A DNA stretch of 64,000 nucleotides, from assembly GCF_018977255.1 (NCBI RefSeq), contig NW_024704761.1, positions 1,240,001 to 1,304,000 of the forward strand, written 5' to 3'. Under the pieces are notes generated by a model. It made no database searches. It had not been told where the DNA came from and saw only the letters and a program-made list of their open reading frames with translations. Positions 23,161 through 53,900 of this stretch are shown here, piece by piece; the first letter of the stretch is position 1, and the number at the start of each line of letters is the position of its first letter. The stretch comes from Callorhinchus milii (taxonomy: Eukaryota). A program made the position numbers and the translations under genes.

Positions 23161-26100
23161 CTATTGTTCTTCCTCTGCACCCTGATGCTCTGAGATTCCA
23201 GCAGCAACGATTGCAAAGAAGATCTCAGGAAGGAATGTCCTCAAGTAGATGAATGCCTTTGGCACAGGGTTTCCAATCACCACCTCCTTACTCCCCCTGT
23301 TCACTGTGTAGAGCACTTCCTCAGCCACTTCTACTGGGTGGACACCATACACCAACTTCCTGAAAAAGACTGAATGGCACAAGACTGTGAAACAACAACA
23401 ACAATTTGCATTCAAATAACGCCTTTCACGCGGGGCAGCATCTCTAAGCGCTTAAGAACAACAACAACAAATTACATTTACCCATCGCTTTTTGTGTCGG
23501 GAGAATGCCCCAAGGCACTGGACAGTCAGGGATTTGCACCCAAGCTGGGGGTTGGGATCAGAAGGGGTGGAGCGCAGGGAAGATAGAGGTACAAGGGTGG
23601 CCGAAGGCGCGGTCGAAGAAGAGGGTCTTGAGGCATGCCTTGAAGGGGGCAAGGGAGGGAGCGAGACGAAGGGACTGTGGGATGGTGTTCCAAAGAGTGG
23701 GACAGAGAAGAGGACGAGAAGACCGTAAGGTGAGGTGACCATAAGCATGGTCGAAGAAGAAGGTCAACACGTATTTTGTAGCGTTGCTTACATTTCCAAA
23801 TGGATGCCTCCCAATTCCCAGTGTCCGGCATTTGGTGATAAGCGCGGATGAACGTGGGGCTCACGGTGCTCACGGTGATGCCAAACTCTGCCACCTCCGC
23901 TCGCAGACAGTCAAAGAAGGCTTGTACGGCGTGTTTAGAAGCAGCATCTACAAGGTACAAAGAAACATTCGGTGAAAAAAGTCATCCATACTGCAGAGCG
24001 TTACACATTTCTGCGTTGCTTTGTTTGCCGCCAATAGGGACATTGTTTTTTTTTGGTGGGTTGTTGTGCTTGGACAAGGTAAAGGATGCCTTTTACTGGG
24101 TATAATAATGATGGGCGAGACGAAACGTTGGGCAAGTTTCCTTACTCCACACACACGTCTCTGGTTACCTAGCAGTAAGTAGGAACCCGGTTTTTAGTCA
24201 ATTCCTTGAACATATTCAAGACTGAGATTGATAGATTTCTTGTAGATAAAGGGATTAAGGGTAGAATAGATCAGCCATGATCGTATTGAATGGCGGGGCA
24301 GGCTCGAGGGGCTGAATGGCCTACTCCTGCTCCTAATTCCTATGTTCTTAATTGGCGGATCACTAGAATATAATAATTTTTGCATTTGATGTAGTGCTTT
24401 TCACATCTGGAGCACATCTTGAAGCACATCAAAGGATTATAATCATTATAATAATCGTTGCATTTAATGTAGCGCCCTATCATGCCATTGAGGCGGCTCA
24501 AAGCGCTTCATAGGATTTCACAGTGAAGTGTAGTGGCTGTGTATTTGTAGGCGAACCCAACAGCCAAGTTGTACACAGTGTATGGATTTACTGTAAAGTG
24601 TAGTGACTGGGTCTTTTGTAGGCAAAAGCATGGAACATGAAGAATAGCCACTTAGATGAGGTAGCGGAGGGCAGCTGACACCCAATGGAATATCCCAGGC
24701 TAGGACAGCATTTAGGAAAGGAAGTGAGAGTATGGGGAGGGGGGGAAAAATACTGGATCCGTATAAAACTCACAGGCAGCACGGAACGGGAGCCCGAGTT
24801 TTCCCTGAATACTATTCACCAACACGATCTGACCTGTGTGTCTGGATATCATGGAGGGAAGAAGCTCTGTGAAGGAAAACAAAGATGTCAAAAAACGTCA
24901 GTTCCCAGGAACCTTTATTGGCGGATCGCTTTTCCAGGGGTAATAATCCCCTAAAAAATGTTAAATAATAATAATAATCTGGTTACTCAATCCACAACTG
25001 TTTGCGGGACACTGCTGTGCGCAATTGACTGCCATGTTGTGCCCACAAAATATAGTCAATTCACTTTACAGTATATTCTGTGAAGCGCTTTGAGATGTCT
25101 CAACGACATAAGGCGCTATATCAAATGCAAGGATTATTATTATTATTCAGCAACCACCTGCTGTCAACAACCACCCTGGAACAGTCCGTAATGATTTTCC
25201 ATAGTAAACTGCTTCTATTTAGCAACCACTTGTCTATTGGAATCAGTGACCAATCTTTTTCAGTCCTGTCAGATGCAGACACCCTTTTCGGTAGCCAGAT
25301 CCGCTCTAGCGGGAGTCCACACGTGGGCCCAAGGAAATGTTTGGCAAGCGGAAATAGTAATGGTGTGTATTTTGTCATTGATTTATTAGTTTATTAAAAC
25401 CAGTTTGATTTATGAGTTCATATGTGCACTGCATTTTTGCTTATCCTTAGAAATTCCTCACACATCAACAAACCCTTACTCAAAGGCCTCCGTTATATAA
25501 AGCCCACTGGTCCGGGCGTCCTTGAGTGGTTGCTGAAAACAGGTTTGAGGGAATTTATAATCTCAGAAGAAAATGTAACCATGCATCAGTGATGTCAGCA
25601 AGTTTCGGCCAAGTTGTTATTGGTTACCTTTGGTCAAGGTAATTGGTCCAAAGTAGTTTGCGTCCATTATCTTTCTGTCCATTTCGAAAGGAACATTGAG
25701 GGCTCCTCCTTTGATTTTCACACTGCTGTTGTTAATCAGCACATCCACGCACCCAAAGCTCTCGAGGATTTCCTTAGCCATCTTGGGAATGGTTTCCGTT
25801 TCACTCATATCCATGTGCACCAGTTTTGGCGTGAAAGTCTGTAAACAAACAAGTTCCGATGATTTCTGACTGCAATAATGACATGTCTCAGATCACAAGA
25901 GTGGCCCTATCTCTTCTCTCAGGTCAAAATTAATTAAATGCAAAAAATGTTGTAAAATCTATGTTATTTTCCATTAGTTACAAGGGACTTATGTTTTCTA
26001 GGAAATGATTATTGTGGTCAGCTGCAAATTGTTAGCAATGATTATATTTCATATAAAATATATAATCAGCTTTCTTTCTTCTTCGCCCTATTGAGCAGTG

Positions 26101-28764
26101 GAGACAATTATGTTTCAATCCCTCGTACATGGTTTTAGAGTTGAGAGGACGGCACGTTTCCAATAGACTCACCTGGCTGGGGTCAGCCACGTCATTCAAG
26201 GCTTCTTGTAGAGCTTCTAACTTTTCCCAGTCATTTCCACACAGAACTACCCGTCCTCCGCCACTGTGAAACACTCTGGAACACTCTGTGAAGCACAGAA
26301 TTAAACTGGTAACGTCAGTCAATGCCAGAGGCAGTGCAGCCTAGATTTACGAGGAAGTTACCAGGGTTGAGAGGACAGATCAGGATGCAGAAGGTTGGAC
26401 AGATTAGAGATGTTTTTGCCCAGAGATGATACATTTGAGAGGGAACCCGATAAGAGGTGTTTAAAATTATGAGAGGGTTTGATAACTTAAATATAAGATA
26501 GATTGTGTTCCACTTGATAGCGGTGTCCCAATGTGAAAGGTGAATACCAAATGCTAGAATTATTATTAGGATGACTGATCCCTCTCCCTCCTGTATACAG
26601 CTAACTGATAATATAGAGTGTCTTTCCATCAGAATACATTGGGACATGTCAAATGATTTGGCCGTTAAGTTATTTACCCATTTTTGGGGACTTGAGACCG
26701 AGTGTGTAGAGAGTCTTTGTGTTTTTGTTGTGGAAACACAATTGCACTCGGGTGACACTTTAAGGGTTAAACTGAACGTTACAGCGAAACGAAAGGTTAA
26801 TTGCTCAGCATAGGAGAAAGGCAGAGAGCTACTAAATATAGGATTTAGAAGAGCTCTGAAGGCATTTTGACCACTCTATATGTAGCTTTAAGCCGTTTAT
26901 GCTGTTAAAAGGTTACGTAAATAGCTTTGACATCAGCTGGCAGTGATGGTAGCCATATCACTTGCGTGGAGTTAATCCTACAGTTTGATGGTGACGCTTG
27001 CAGTAACGTTCCATGAAACCGTACAGATAATGGACATGAAAACTATTTAATTCATGCCTTTTTTTTCTGGAATATACAACACTGGGCCAAATTGCCACTG
27101 TATCCCAGTGTTCGAGCTCCAAAGACACATCTATAAATACAGGAATGGGACAGAGAAAGCAAACCCTGAAGAATACTTTCAGACATGCAAAGGCAGCAGG
27201 ACAAGAGGTCACAGGCTCAGGGCTGTGAAGGACATGTTTAGGGCAGACACTACAAAGTTTTTTTTTTGAACAGAGCACTATGGACATGGAACAGGTTAGA
27301 AGATCAGGGGCTCGTTTTTTTTTTTAAAAATGCTTGATGCTTAAAGCAAGTTCATTCTTTAATTTTCTCTGTTTCAGTGAAAACAGACCCAATTTTCAAC
27401 CCAACATTTGCAACCGTAGCCTCTCCTCCCTGGTTTGATCCATGTGAACCATTGGTGTTCTTTATGTAATAGGGCACCCAGAACTTTATGCGGTGCTCCA
27501 TCAAACTCTCAGTACTGAGTTTATGACAATAAAGTACTTCAATCTTTAATCTTAAAGTTAGACTAATATAATAACCCATGAATTTGCACCTTGTCAAGTC
27601 ATTGAGACATCTCAAAGTGTTTCACAGGATTTTATTGTGAAATAAACATGGCAGCCAATTTACATACAGCGAAGTCCCACATTGCTGGAATCATTAACAT
27701 CCACCTGAACAGGTAGTCAGCGCTTAAGTATAATGGCTCTTTCGAAAGAGAGCATTTCCGACAATGCAGTGCGCCCTCAACATTGTGTGGGGATGTTAGC
27801 CTAAACTGGGAGGTCCAGGTCCCGACATTGGACTTGAACCCACAACTTTCTGACTCAGACACTGTTAGATGGATCAGTCTGATCGTCTAGCCTTGAAAAG
27901 CAATATCTTAGAGAGGTATATAAATGGGCTTGAGCACCGAATAATACTTTCAGATACACCAAGACAACAGAAAAAAGAAGGTAATTTCAGAATGAACAAC
28001 ACACAGAAGGTAATTAATGATTGGAATGGAAGACAAGGGTGGTTGAGGCCAGGCTGCATATAAGAAACAGCTTGAACTGTAATGGGAGAATGGGAGTTAA
28101 AATGAAATTAAATCATTCAAACATCTCTCTTGATTAATTCATTCTAAAATATATAGTCAAATATCGTCAGGGTGCGATCTGCTATTAAACTGGACTTGTT
28201 AATAGCAGCTTAATTACTGGATAACAATAATAATAATCCTTGCATTTGATATAGCGCTTTTCACGTCGGGAGGGCGTCCCAAAGCGCTTCACAGAACACA
28301 CTGTGGGCGAACGCGGCGGCCAATTGCGCACAGCAATGTCCCACAAACAGTCGTAGATTGAAAATGACCAATTTATTATTGTTTTTGGTTTTGGAGGGAT
28401 TATAACAATAACAATGACAACTTAATGGTGGGGTTGGACACTGAGTGAGAGAGAGAGAGAGAGAGAGAGAGAAGGGGAGAGGAAGGTGACCAAAGGTGTA
28501 GTCGAAGAGGTAAGACTTCAAGAGGGATTTAAAGATAAAGAGGGGATGATAATGGTATTCTAGTCTCAAGCTTCCAGAAACACTTAAAAAGCAGAAAAGA
28601 ACTAACTCACCTTTGCCAAGCCCTGATATGGCATCAGTTATAACCACCACTTTGTTCCTCACAGCTGACTTGGACATGAGTCGCATTATTTTTTTGTAAA
28701 TATAAACGATCCCAGCAATTCCAACCACCAGTAAAGGGAGAATCAATATAGCCAGAATACCCAT
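23161..28764 (-). CDS. DHRS7C: Dehydrogenase/reductase SDR family member 7C (SRP-35), 311 aa, 6 coding exons
   Basis: Exons (minus): 28764-28611, 26285-26173, 25838-25628, 24866-24774, 23947-23792, 23369-23161. Total 936 nt, all GT-AG, phases consistent. Protein MGILAILILPLL..VVITDAISGLGKECSRVFHSGG..DANYFGPITLTK..YAASKH..GNWEASIWKFFFRKLVYGVHPVEVAEEV matches DHRS7C, including the diagnostic TDAISGLG. Confidence 0.96.
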
Positions 28765-29081
28765 TTCCCTGGAATTAACAAAATAGTGTTAGCAACACGA
28801 GGCTAAGTTTGCTTATGAATTTTAAATCTCTGTACGTGTGGAATATGGTTAAGTTACAATAATAATAATCCTTGCACTTCAATATAGCGTGACCATTTTT
28901 ACTGAAAAACTGCAGGGAGGAAAAGAGTGTGGGTTGTTTTCGTTTTTAAGAAAGCTGCTTTTCAACAATGTTGTTGTGACAAATTATTACACGTTAAGCT
29001 ACTGCAGCCGTGCAAACTGCCGTGTTCACACATGTACCGAGCGTTGCTGGAATTCTATAATTTATTAAAAGTTTCACTTAC

Positions 29082-29240
29082 AGTGAATGCGGGGGCCAAA
29101 GGTAAAAGATGGTCCTCTGTTGTCACAGGGGGAGGTAACAAATCAAGTGAGAAGCCTCTTTTCCGTCCACTTTCACTGCTGCTCTGCACAGCAACTGGTA
29201 AGTTAAGCACGAAAGGAGATCTTAGAAAGTTTTTTATAGC
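29082..29240 (-). promoter_or_regulatory. Candidate TATA promoter and non-coding exon 1 of DHRS7C
   Basis: On minus: CTATAAAAA at ~29239-29231 and donor act|GTAAGT at 29081. A strong acceptor (ctaac..tattttgttaattccag) lies 4 nt before the ATG at 28764. Confidence 0.5.
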
Positions 29241-29526
29241 GAATGTCTGAGTCAGTCATTTCTACTGTAGCCTCTCTCAAATACCTTGGACTTGGTGATC
29301 CCTCAAACTGCCATGTGATCTATCTCATGTCATTCTAATAATACACAAGGCCACAAACAACTACAGTATATGTAACTTCTCAATCATAAAGCTTTGTGCA
29401 ACGTGTCAACTGCACAATGATCTACATCACAGCCCTTAGCTGCACAGGATTTCCATTTGGGATGCCACAACTGTACCACTGTACATGTCATCTGGCCTCA
29501 CTTCCCAACTCAAAGTCAGTGGAGAT

Positions 29527-30046
29527 TAATTAACCATTAGGATGTAACAGCCTGATTGCTCCTACTTTGTATAATCGTAGGATCGGTGATACATTAATAA
29601 TAATAATAATAATCCTTGCATTTGATACAGTGCCTTATCATGTCTCTGTGACGTCTCCACACGCTCCACGCAATATTCTGCAGAGTGAATTGACCTGCAT
29701 AGTATTGATACGATATGCTTTCTGGCACCGATGCGAACATAACAGTCTTAATGTTAGAATAATACCAGTACAGTAAACCTCACATTGGTTGGTGATGGGA
29801 GCGTTACTGTTTATGGGAACCTGCGGGTGCGCAATTGGCTGCCGTGTTTCGCCCACAAAACATAACAGGTCGATCCACTTTGCAGCAATATCCTGCGAAG
29901 CGCTTTGAGCCTTTGCGTGATGTGGCGCTGTATCAAATGCAAGGATTATTATTATTATTATCATCGTTATTATTATTAACGTATCGCCGATCCCACGATT
30001 ATACAAAGTAGGAGCGAGCAGTCCGTTACCTCCTAATGGTTAATTA
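29527..30046. repeat. Inverted duplication with ~170-180-bp arms (29527-29697, 29866-30046)
   Basis: The left arm taattaaccattagg..ctcctactttgtataatcgt.ggatcgg..(aat)n ccttgcatttgataca is the reverse complement of the right arm, including ~65 bp outside the SINE. Confidence 0.88.
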
Positions 30047-30712
30047 GCATTATTATTGCTGTTATTATTATTAACTATTACTATTATTACTATTTTTATA
30101 GTAAAAGTGTCACCCAGGAAGGACCTGTGTGTTGGATACATTCCATTGAAGCCTCCTGTCTGTGGGCGGTCCCACCGGCCAAGGGAGGAACCTATCAGCG
30201 CTCAATGCCGCTGAGGTCCCGCCCCCCCACCTCCACAACCCCGCCCCCGTCCCTCCGGCTCCGCGGCGATTGGACGGAAGGCAGGGTGGGCGGGGAGGGA
30301 GGCTTGAGACCGCTTCTGATTGGTCGAGCGGGACGTCACTCAGCGGTGACGTAGGGGGGAGGAGAGTGAGAGGGGGGGGGGCGGGGCCCGGTTGCTCTGA
30401 GCGACGGGCGGCCATTGTGCAGCGGGGAGGTGGGGGGAGGGGGCGGGGCCCGGTTGCTCTGAGCGACGGGCGGCCATTGTGCGCGAGCGAGGCTGGAGTT
30501 GGCGGCCAACTGCCGTTCACTCTCCTCCCCTCAGACACACACAGACACACACACTGCCCACCCCCCCCCACCTCACCTCGTAGATCGTCGCCATTGTCAC
30601 TCTCTTAAAGACCGACCCGAACCCCCCTCCTCCCCCCCCTCCCGCTAAAAAGATTGAAAACCGTCAGGAGGGGAAACTCGTTCGTCGACGAGTCCGTCGC
30701 CTCGCGCGGGCC

Positions 30713-48067
<17,355 letters not shown>

Positions 48068-48405
48068 CACATCACCTTGCTGTTCGCATATCTGACTAAA
48101 AGAAACTTTGTTTATAGCTATGATTAGATTGTACAAAACAGGACAGATTGGGTCGGTATGTAGTAGTCCAATTCAGTTTATTTTTAAGCACGAATGTATT
48201 GTATCTGTTGTGAGTGAGTGATCAGATCAGCTGGGTGCAGCTTTGTGTTCCAGGAGTTGTAATAGCAGAGACTTGTAAATGGGATTGTATCTTTTCTATA
48301 GTGTTGGGCAAATTTTCGTCAGCTTAAAAAAAACTGTTTAAATTGTAATGGGCTGCTCTGTCAGTCTGGTGAAACCAGTATTTTAGAGTGTACCTGGTTT
48401 CATGA

Positions 48406-48411
48406 AATAAA
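48406..48411 (+). terminator. Polyadenylation signal of the U2AF2-like gene
   Basis: First AATAAA seen after the stop codon, ~340 nt downstream. Confidence 0.6.
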
Positions 48412-50437
48412 CATTGAAATGAAAGTGATCAATATTCTGGTTATACTTATTACAAAGCTGATGAAGTGTCTGGAGCAGTCATTGCTACTTCTTTTCATCT
48501 CAGGCGAAAGTCAATTCCTCCCGTTTGTCTTGTCTTTAACCTGATAGATGCAAGTAAGAACCTGTTGAATGTGGCGACATTAACTGTCAACGTAGTGGGC
48601 AGCAAATTCTCTTGCGTCTTGAATGCGTGAACGACTGCAACATAAAAATGTTATTACAGGTTTGTTCTGATCAGGCATTAAACTAGAGCTGGAACAAAGT
48701 TTTACCATCATACCCATAAGCTTTTCACAAGTAAACGTGGAAATTTAATGTCAGTACAGTGATACTTAATTTACTCTATTAGTAAATAAATGTGATTATT
48801 AGAAACTTGAGAATGCAGTTAAAAAATTTAAACAATGGTAGTCCAAGAAAATATTCAATACAAACTGATAATAATCCTTGCAGTTGATATAGCACCTTAT
48901 CACAACTTTGAGACGTCTCAAAGCCCTTCACAGTATATACAGTAAAGTGAATTGACTATTTCGTGGGCGAAACGATACTGGTGATTGAAGTTTAATCTAT
49001 AAATTTTGTAAACTGCATTTGCAGAAAATATTGGTTCGTTAGATTAGAAGGAAGAACTATTTCTTCCAATAGGAATGACTATTTTATGCTCAGAGGTGTC
49101 AACATGACTATTAATGGATATAATTTTAAACATGAATCCATAGGATGACCTTTCTTCTGCTTCACCATTACTGCTCAAACAGCTGTACTACATGCCCACC
49201 TCACACGGGCACTGGGTGACTTGTGGACGTTTATTTCCTACAGTAGCCGAGGGGTGGCTTATGGAGAAATGTATGAATTAATTCTGGTGCATTCAGTGTT
49301 GATGCTGAACGTTGTCGCATCAGGGTAATTGCAGAAGGTAGGTTTGTGATCCACTTTGTTTGGTATATATGCTTCTCTGGGCGGCCTTTTCTCAATGTAC
49401 ACTAGAGTCTCAGATACACTGTTCAGTGGAGCATTTTCACTCACTAACTCATGTAGACCTATTTTATGTAAACGAGCTTGAGTCCACAATATTGTGCCTG
49501 GTATTCTTTTCCTTACTTTTCTGCCCCCTGGGGTTTTGGAGATTTATCAGGCAACTGTTCCCAAGCCGATGCTAATGCTCTGGAACGAAGAGGTAGGAGG
49601 CTAGCAAGAACCCTGGGGGCCTCCTTCCTTCCCTCTTCCCACTTTCCTTGTGGGAAAGTATCCCCTCCGTCTGGGAGAGGCCAGGGATGAACCTGCATCG
49701 CAGGGAAACTGAGGTCTGCCGTTATCTTATTTCTTGCGATGTCAACGAGAAAGAATACATGCTGTTGGACGGCTGTTGCCTTAACTTTGTTTTTAGATAA
49801 CACAATAAAAGACTGTTTGAATCTGCTGCTTTTCTTTGCTCATTGCAAGACACTCGACATTTATCTACAAATGTTTGGGCGTTAGTCCCCTCTGGTGGCA
49901 GCAATATGTAGTGAAACATTAGCATTTCAGAGCTCGTCGGTTTGGTTCCCTTTAAAAAGTTGTTTCAGTGAAAGTTTACGAACGTTCAAGTCGTGAGCAA
50001 ACGTCTTATTTGATGGTTTGTAGACACAGAAACATTTTGTTGATTTTTTTTTCCCTGCACAATTTTGAGAGATTTGAGTTTGATAGCCGGGGAAATTGCT
50101 GGGGTACCTTTGAATTAAGTAACGGATTTCTTCTTGGTAAGAGATGATGTTACCCCTCTTGTGGATAAGTGACTTCATGTTTCTTTTTGTTGACTCGGTG
50201 AAAGCTGAATCGACTGAAGCATTCAACAAGAGACTAAAAATATACCTGATGCAGCATAGCGACACAGGGCTGGGGTAGCAGATGGACAGCAGCCAGAGCA
50301 GGTACTGAGAGAAGGCCTTGACGGACAGGGGAACTGATTGGTATTTTCTCATTTGTACATTCACCCACAAAATATACAGTCAATTCACTTTACAGTATAT
50401 ACTCTGAAGCGCTTTGAGACGCCTTTTACCTCCTTAC

Positions 50438-50899
50438 CTGCTGCAGTTTGATTGTGCCCGGGCTCCACTGCTCGACACCAAGGGAGATCCAGCTGATTCT
50501 GTTGAACCTGTACACACATTTATCGAATCATCTAACTTTACTTTCAAGGCAAGATCCACACTAGAAATCAACCAACACTGGACTGCACAACTTTTATTCA
50601 AAGATTTAATATAACCATTTCACTTAATTTTTTTCCAGATAATGAGCACATAGAATAACAATCATACTTGTTTTTTTTAAGCATCATTCAGTATGGGGGA
50701 GGGAGTGATGGAATCCAGATGGAACAGGCTCCATCACAGGAAAGCACATTGGGCATTTGCCAATCTGCATGTTGTGAATATTCCCCATTTTCTTTCCCAC
50801 TTTCAAACCCACCTCACGTCTTACCTCTTTGACCATGTTTTCTTTCGGTCATCTTTCTCAGCTCACTCCCTCCCTCTCTTCCCTCTTTCCCCCCCTCCC

Positions 50900-50932
<33 letters not shown>

Positions 50933-53900
50933 GTTCTAAGCCACTAGTGTAAAGCACTTCAAACAACCGTGAGTGTTAGTTTGTTTTTACTGAAGATTGT
51001 ACAGCAGTACCTCAACCAACTGAAAGGTAAGGTTTATTAAAACAAAAGTCCATTGAAAGTGCCCTATACCCAGACCTCGCCAAATGCTGTTTTTGAAGCT
51101 TGGTGCTCAGACAGATGAAGTACCAGCCCAAGTGGATGTGATCTGTTTCTAGGTAAGCATCTCATTGCTTCTGACCATCTGGTCCAGAAATAGGACATCA
51201 ACACGTGGCGATGCATTACATGCAGATCTATGTGATCTAAAAAATGCTATTAGCTTAACCTAACATGTGTTGAGAGGTGTAAATTGACTGAATGTACATT
51301 CACAGGAGATTAATACTGTTATACTCTTAAAATGAAACAGGAGAGCACCCTGCAAGGTCTGGAATACTTATACATGAAGAAATTAGACATAAGTTTAATT
51401 GTGGTCTCACCTGAAGGTTTGGGAGGAGACTGTTTGGGTAGAGACTTCACCAGTTTTCTCACTTGACTGAACCTGAGCAAGGAAAGCCAAAAATACAAGT
51501 AACTCTTATAGCAATTCCATATTCTTTTACTCTGGGGGTAATTAATGACTGGAACAGGGTGCCAGGAAATGTGGTTGAGCCCAGGACACTAGACGCATTT
51601 AAAAAAAATTGTAGGGCAGCTGTTCTGACAGGACGAGATCGGATGAGACGAAGAGCTTTCTACATTCCAAACAAATTTTATGACCTGAATAACTATCTTC
51701 TGTTGCCACAATGACTAACGGCAGTTTCCCACAAAGTGGCATTTCCTCTCCCTCCATCTTCTGTCTGACGTTTATGTACATGAGCGACGAAGGATAAAAA
51801 TGATGGAAGTGCTAAACCGTGCTCCTTCATGAGAATACCCAATGCCTTGAGGTGCAATTTCACTTAAATCAAAGGGAAAGTTTTAGGGAAGTTAGTATCT
51901 GCCCAGGTTCCTCAAGTTTATGGCAGATAGTATTCTGGAACACCATCCTTCAAGTGTTTTGAGCTCTCATCCTCTGCTGTTGGAAATAATGTTGACATCC
52001 CATATTGCATAGATATGATCCAATTGGACACGTTTTAAAGAAATGTCTTGCAGATTCAGGCTGTTAGTCACTGGTGACATTCGGAAGAAAAATGTGAGCA
52101 GTCGTGATTCTTTTGTCACCCTCGTAAAGAGATATAGATGCTAAAAATCTGAAACCTTCAAATTATTTTATTTCCTAAAGACACTGAAGTGTACTGGAGT
52201 AGGGTTCCCAGGGCACCAGCCAACCTCTGGAGCAATAGGCTGTGAGCCCAGATAATGAGTATTGGCAGCCAATCGACTGTGGGGGAGTATCACAGTGGGG
52301 CTTTGCTCCTGTCCTCACAGTTCACTCACACACCAGAGTTTTAGCAGGTTCCCTGCACAGTGTGTGGGAAAATGTTTTTTTTCTCCCCCGCCTCCCCCCC
52401 ACCCACCCCCCACTTCAGTGAAAGAGCACTGAACCCAATTGTAATGCCCCGACCAACAACACGGGCAGTACAATTCATGGAATTATACAGCACAGAAGGA
52501 GACCATTCGGCCCATCGTGTCTGTGCCGGCTCTTGGAAAAGAGCTTCCAAATCAATCCCACTCCCCCCGCGCTCTCCCCATAGCCCTGGAAACTTGTCCT
52601 TCCCAAATAATTATCTACTTCTCTCTTAAAAGTTATGATCGAATCGACTTCTACCACTCTTTCAGGCAACGCATTCCAGATCCAAACAACTCCCTGAGTG
52701 AAAGTAAATTGTCCACCAATTTACTCCTCTTAATGTGTTCTGACTACTGCAATCCACAGCTGCCGGTCACCCACTGTGACCTCATGCAAATGGTCATTAT
52801 GATCAGTGACCCTACATACGGGTTGGCAGGTATTTTGACTGATGGAAGATGTTTTTTTTTGTGTGGTCTCCCAAGTCAGTTGTAAAGTGATCTGACCTTT
52901 CAGACAGTGACTGACACAGCTCCTCCATTTGAGACTCGTAGTTGGCAATGTGGCTTGCTATTTGATGGGTTGTCTCACACGCATCTGCAAGGATAAGTGT
53001 AAGTATCGAAAGTAGAAAACAAGTTGCAAACACGGGTGTTATCAAAATGTTCTCAAGTTCATATGGGACAAATATATTTCTCCTCGAAAGACATCCATTT
53101 TTTAAATGTTTGTAAAGTATATTTTTTTATTGAGTAAGGTAGGCAAAGGCTCATACAGCACAACATACAGCGATGGTGTCCTTACCAGGATCCAGTGCCG
53201 CTTTGTAAGTAATCGGAGTTTCTTGCTTTTCTCTATTTGATTGGTTAACGATAACCTGCGACACAATAACACACAGCACTTGTTGATCCCGTCTTAAACA
53301 GAGAATACCTCTCAGTGCGTGAGTGTGGGGTTTACACTAACCTCAATCACTAGATTTGCTCAGTTAGTGTTGTTCGAGGTATATTTGTGCTGTGAACTAG
53401 CATTCAATTGAAACAACCCTGCATTTCCCTGAAGTTCAAATGTCATCTAGTTTTGAAAATACACGTTGCAGCGTCACATGAAAGTCTTATTTTCTAACAA
53501 TGTCCAGGTTCAGCGCAATCTCATCTGAATAGTTAAAATAAAATCACATTTCTGAAAGGCAGAGAGCGTACATACGTATGACAAGACAACTACAACCATA
53601 GGCATACTTGAAAATACAAGGTCTCATACTTTTTCAAGTATCAGTACTATACACATGGAGTGGCTCGACTTTGCTCTTGATTGCCTTCAGTGATGTGGAC
53701 TGCAATGGTAATTTAGATCCTGTTGAAAAATGCTTCTTTTTCAACGTGCGCCTCCCAGTAACCAACTGAGACGAGTTCAAGGCCTGAATATTAAACTCCA
53801 TCTGTACTTACCCCATCCAAACTCTCCAGCTGAGGCATAAGGCGAGACAACTCCATGACTTTCCTGTAGAAACACTACTTAATTATTCTGTCTTTGAGAC

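Noticed and set aside
28611-28650. TDAISGLG instead of the canonical SDR TGxxxGxG motif
   Set aside because: Normal for DHRS7C orthologs, so it is diagnostic rather than novel.
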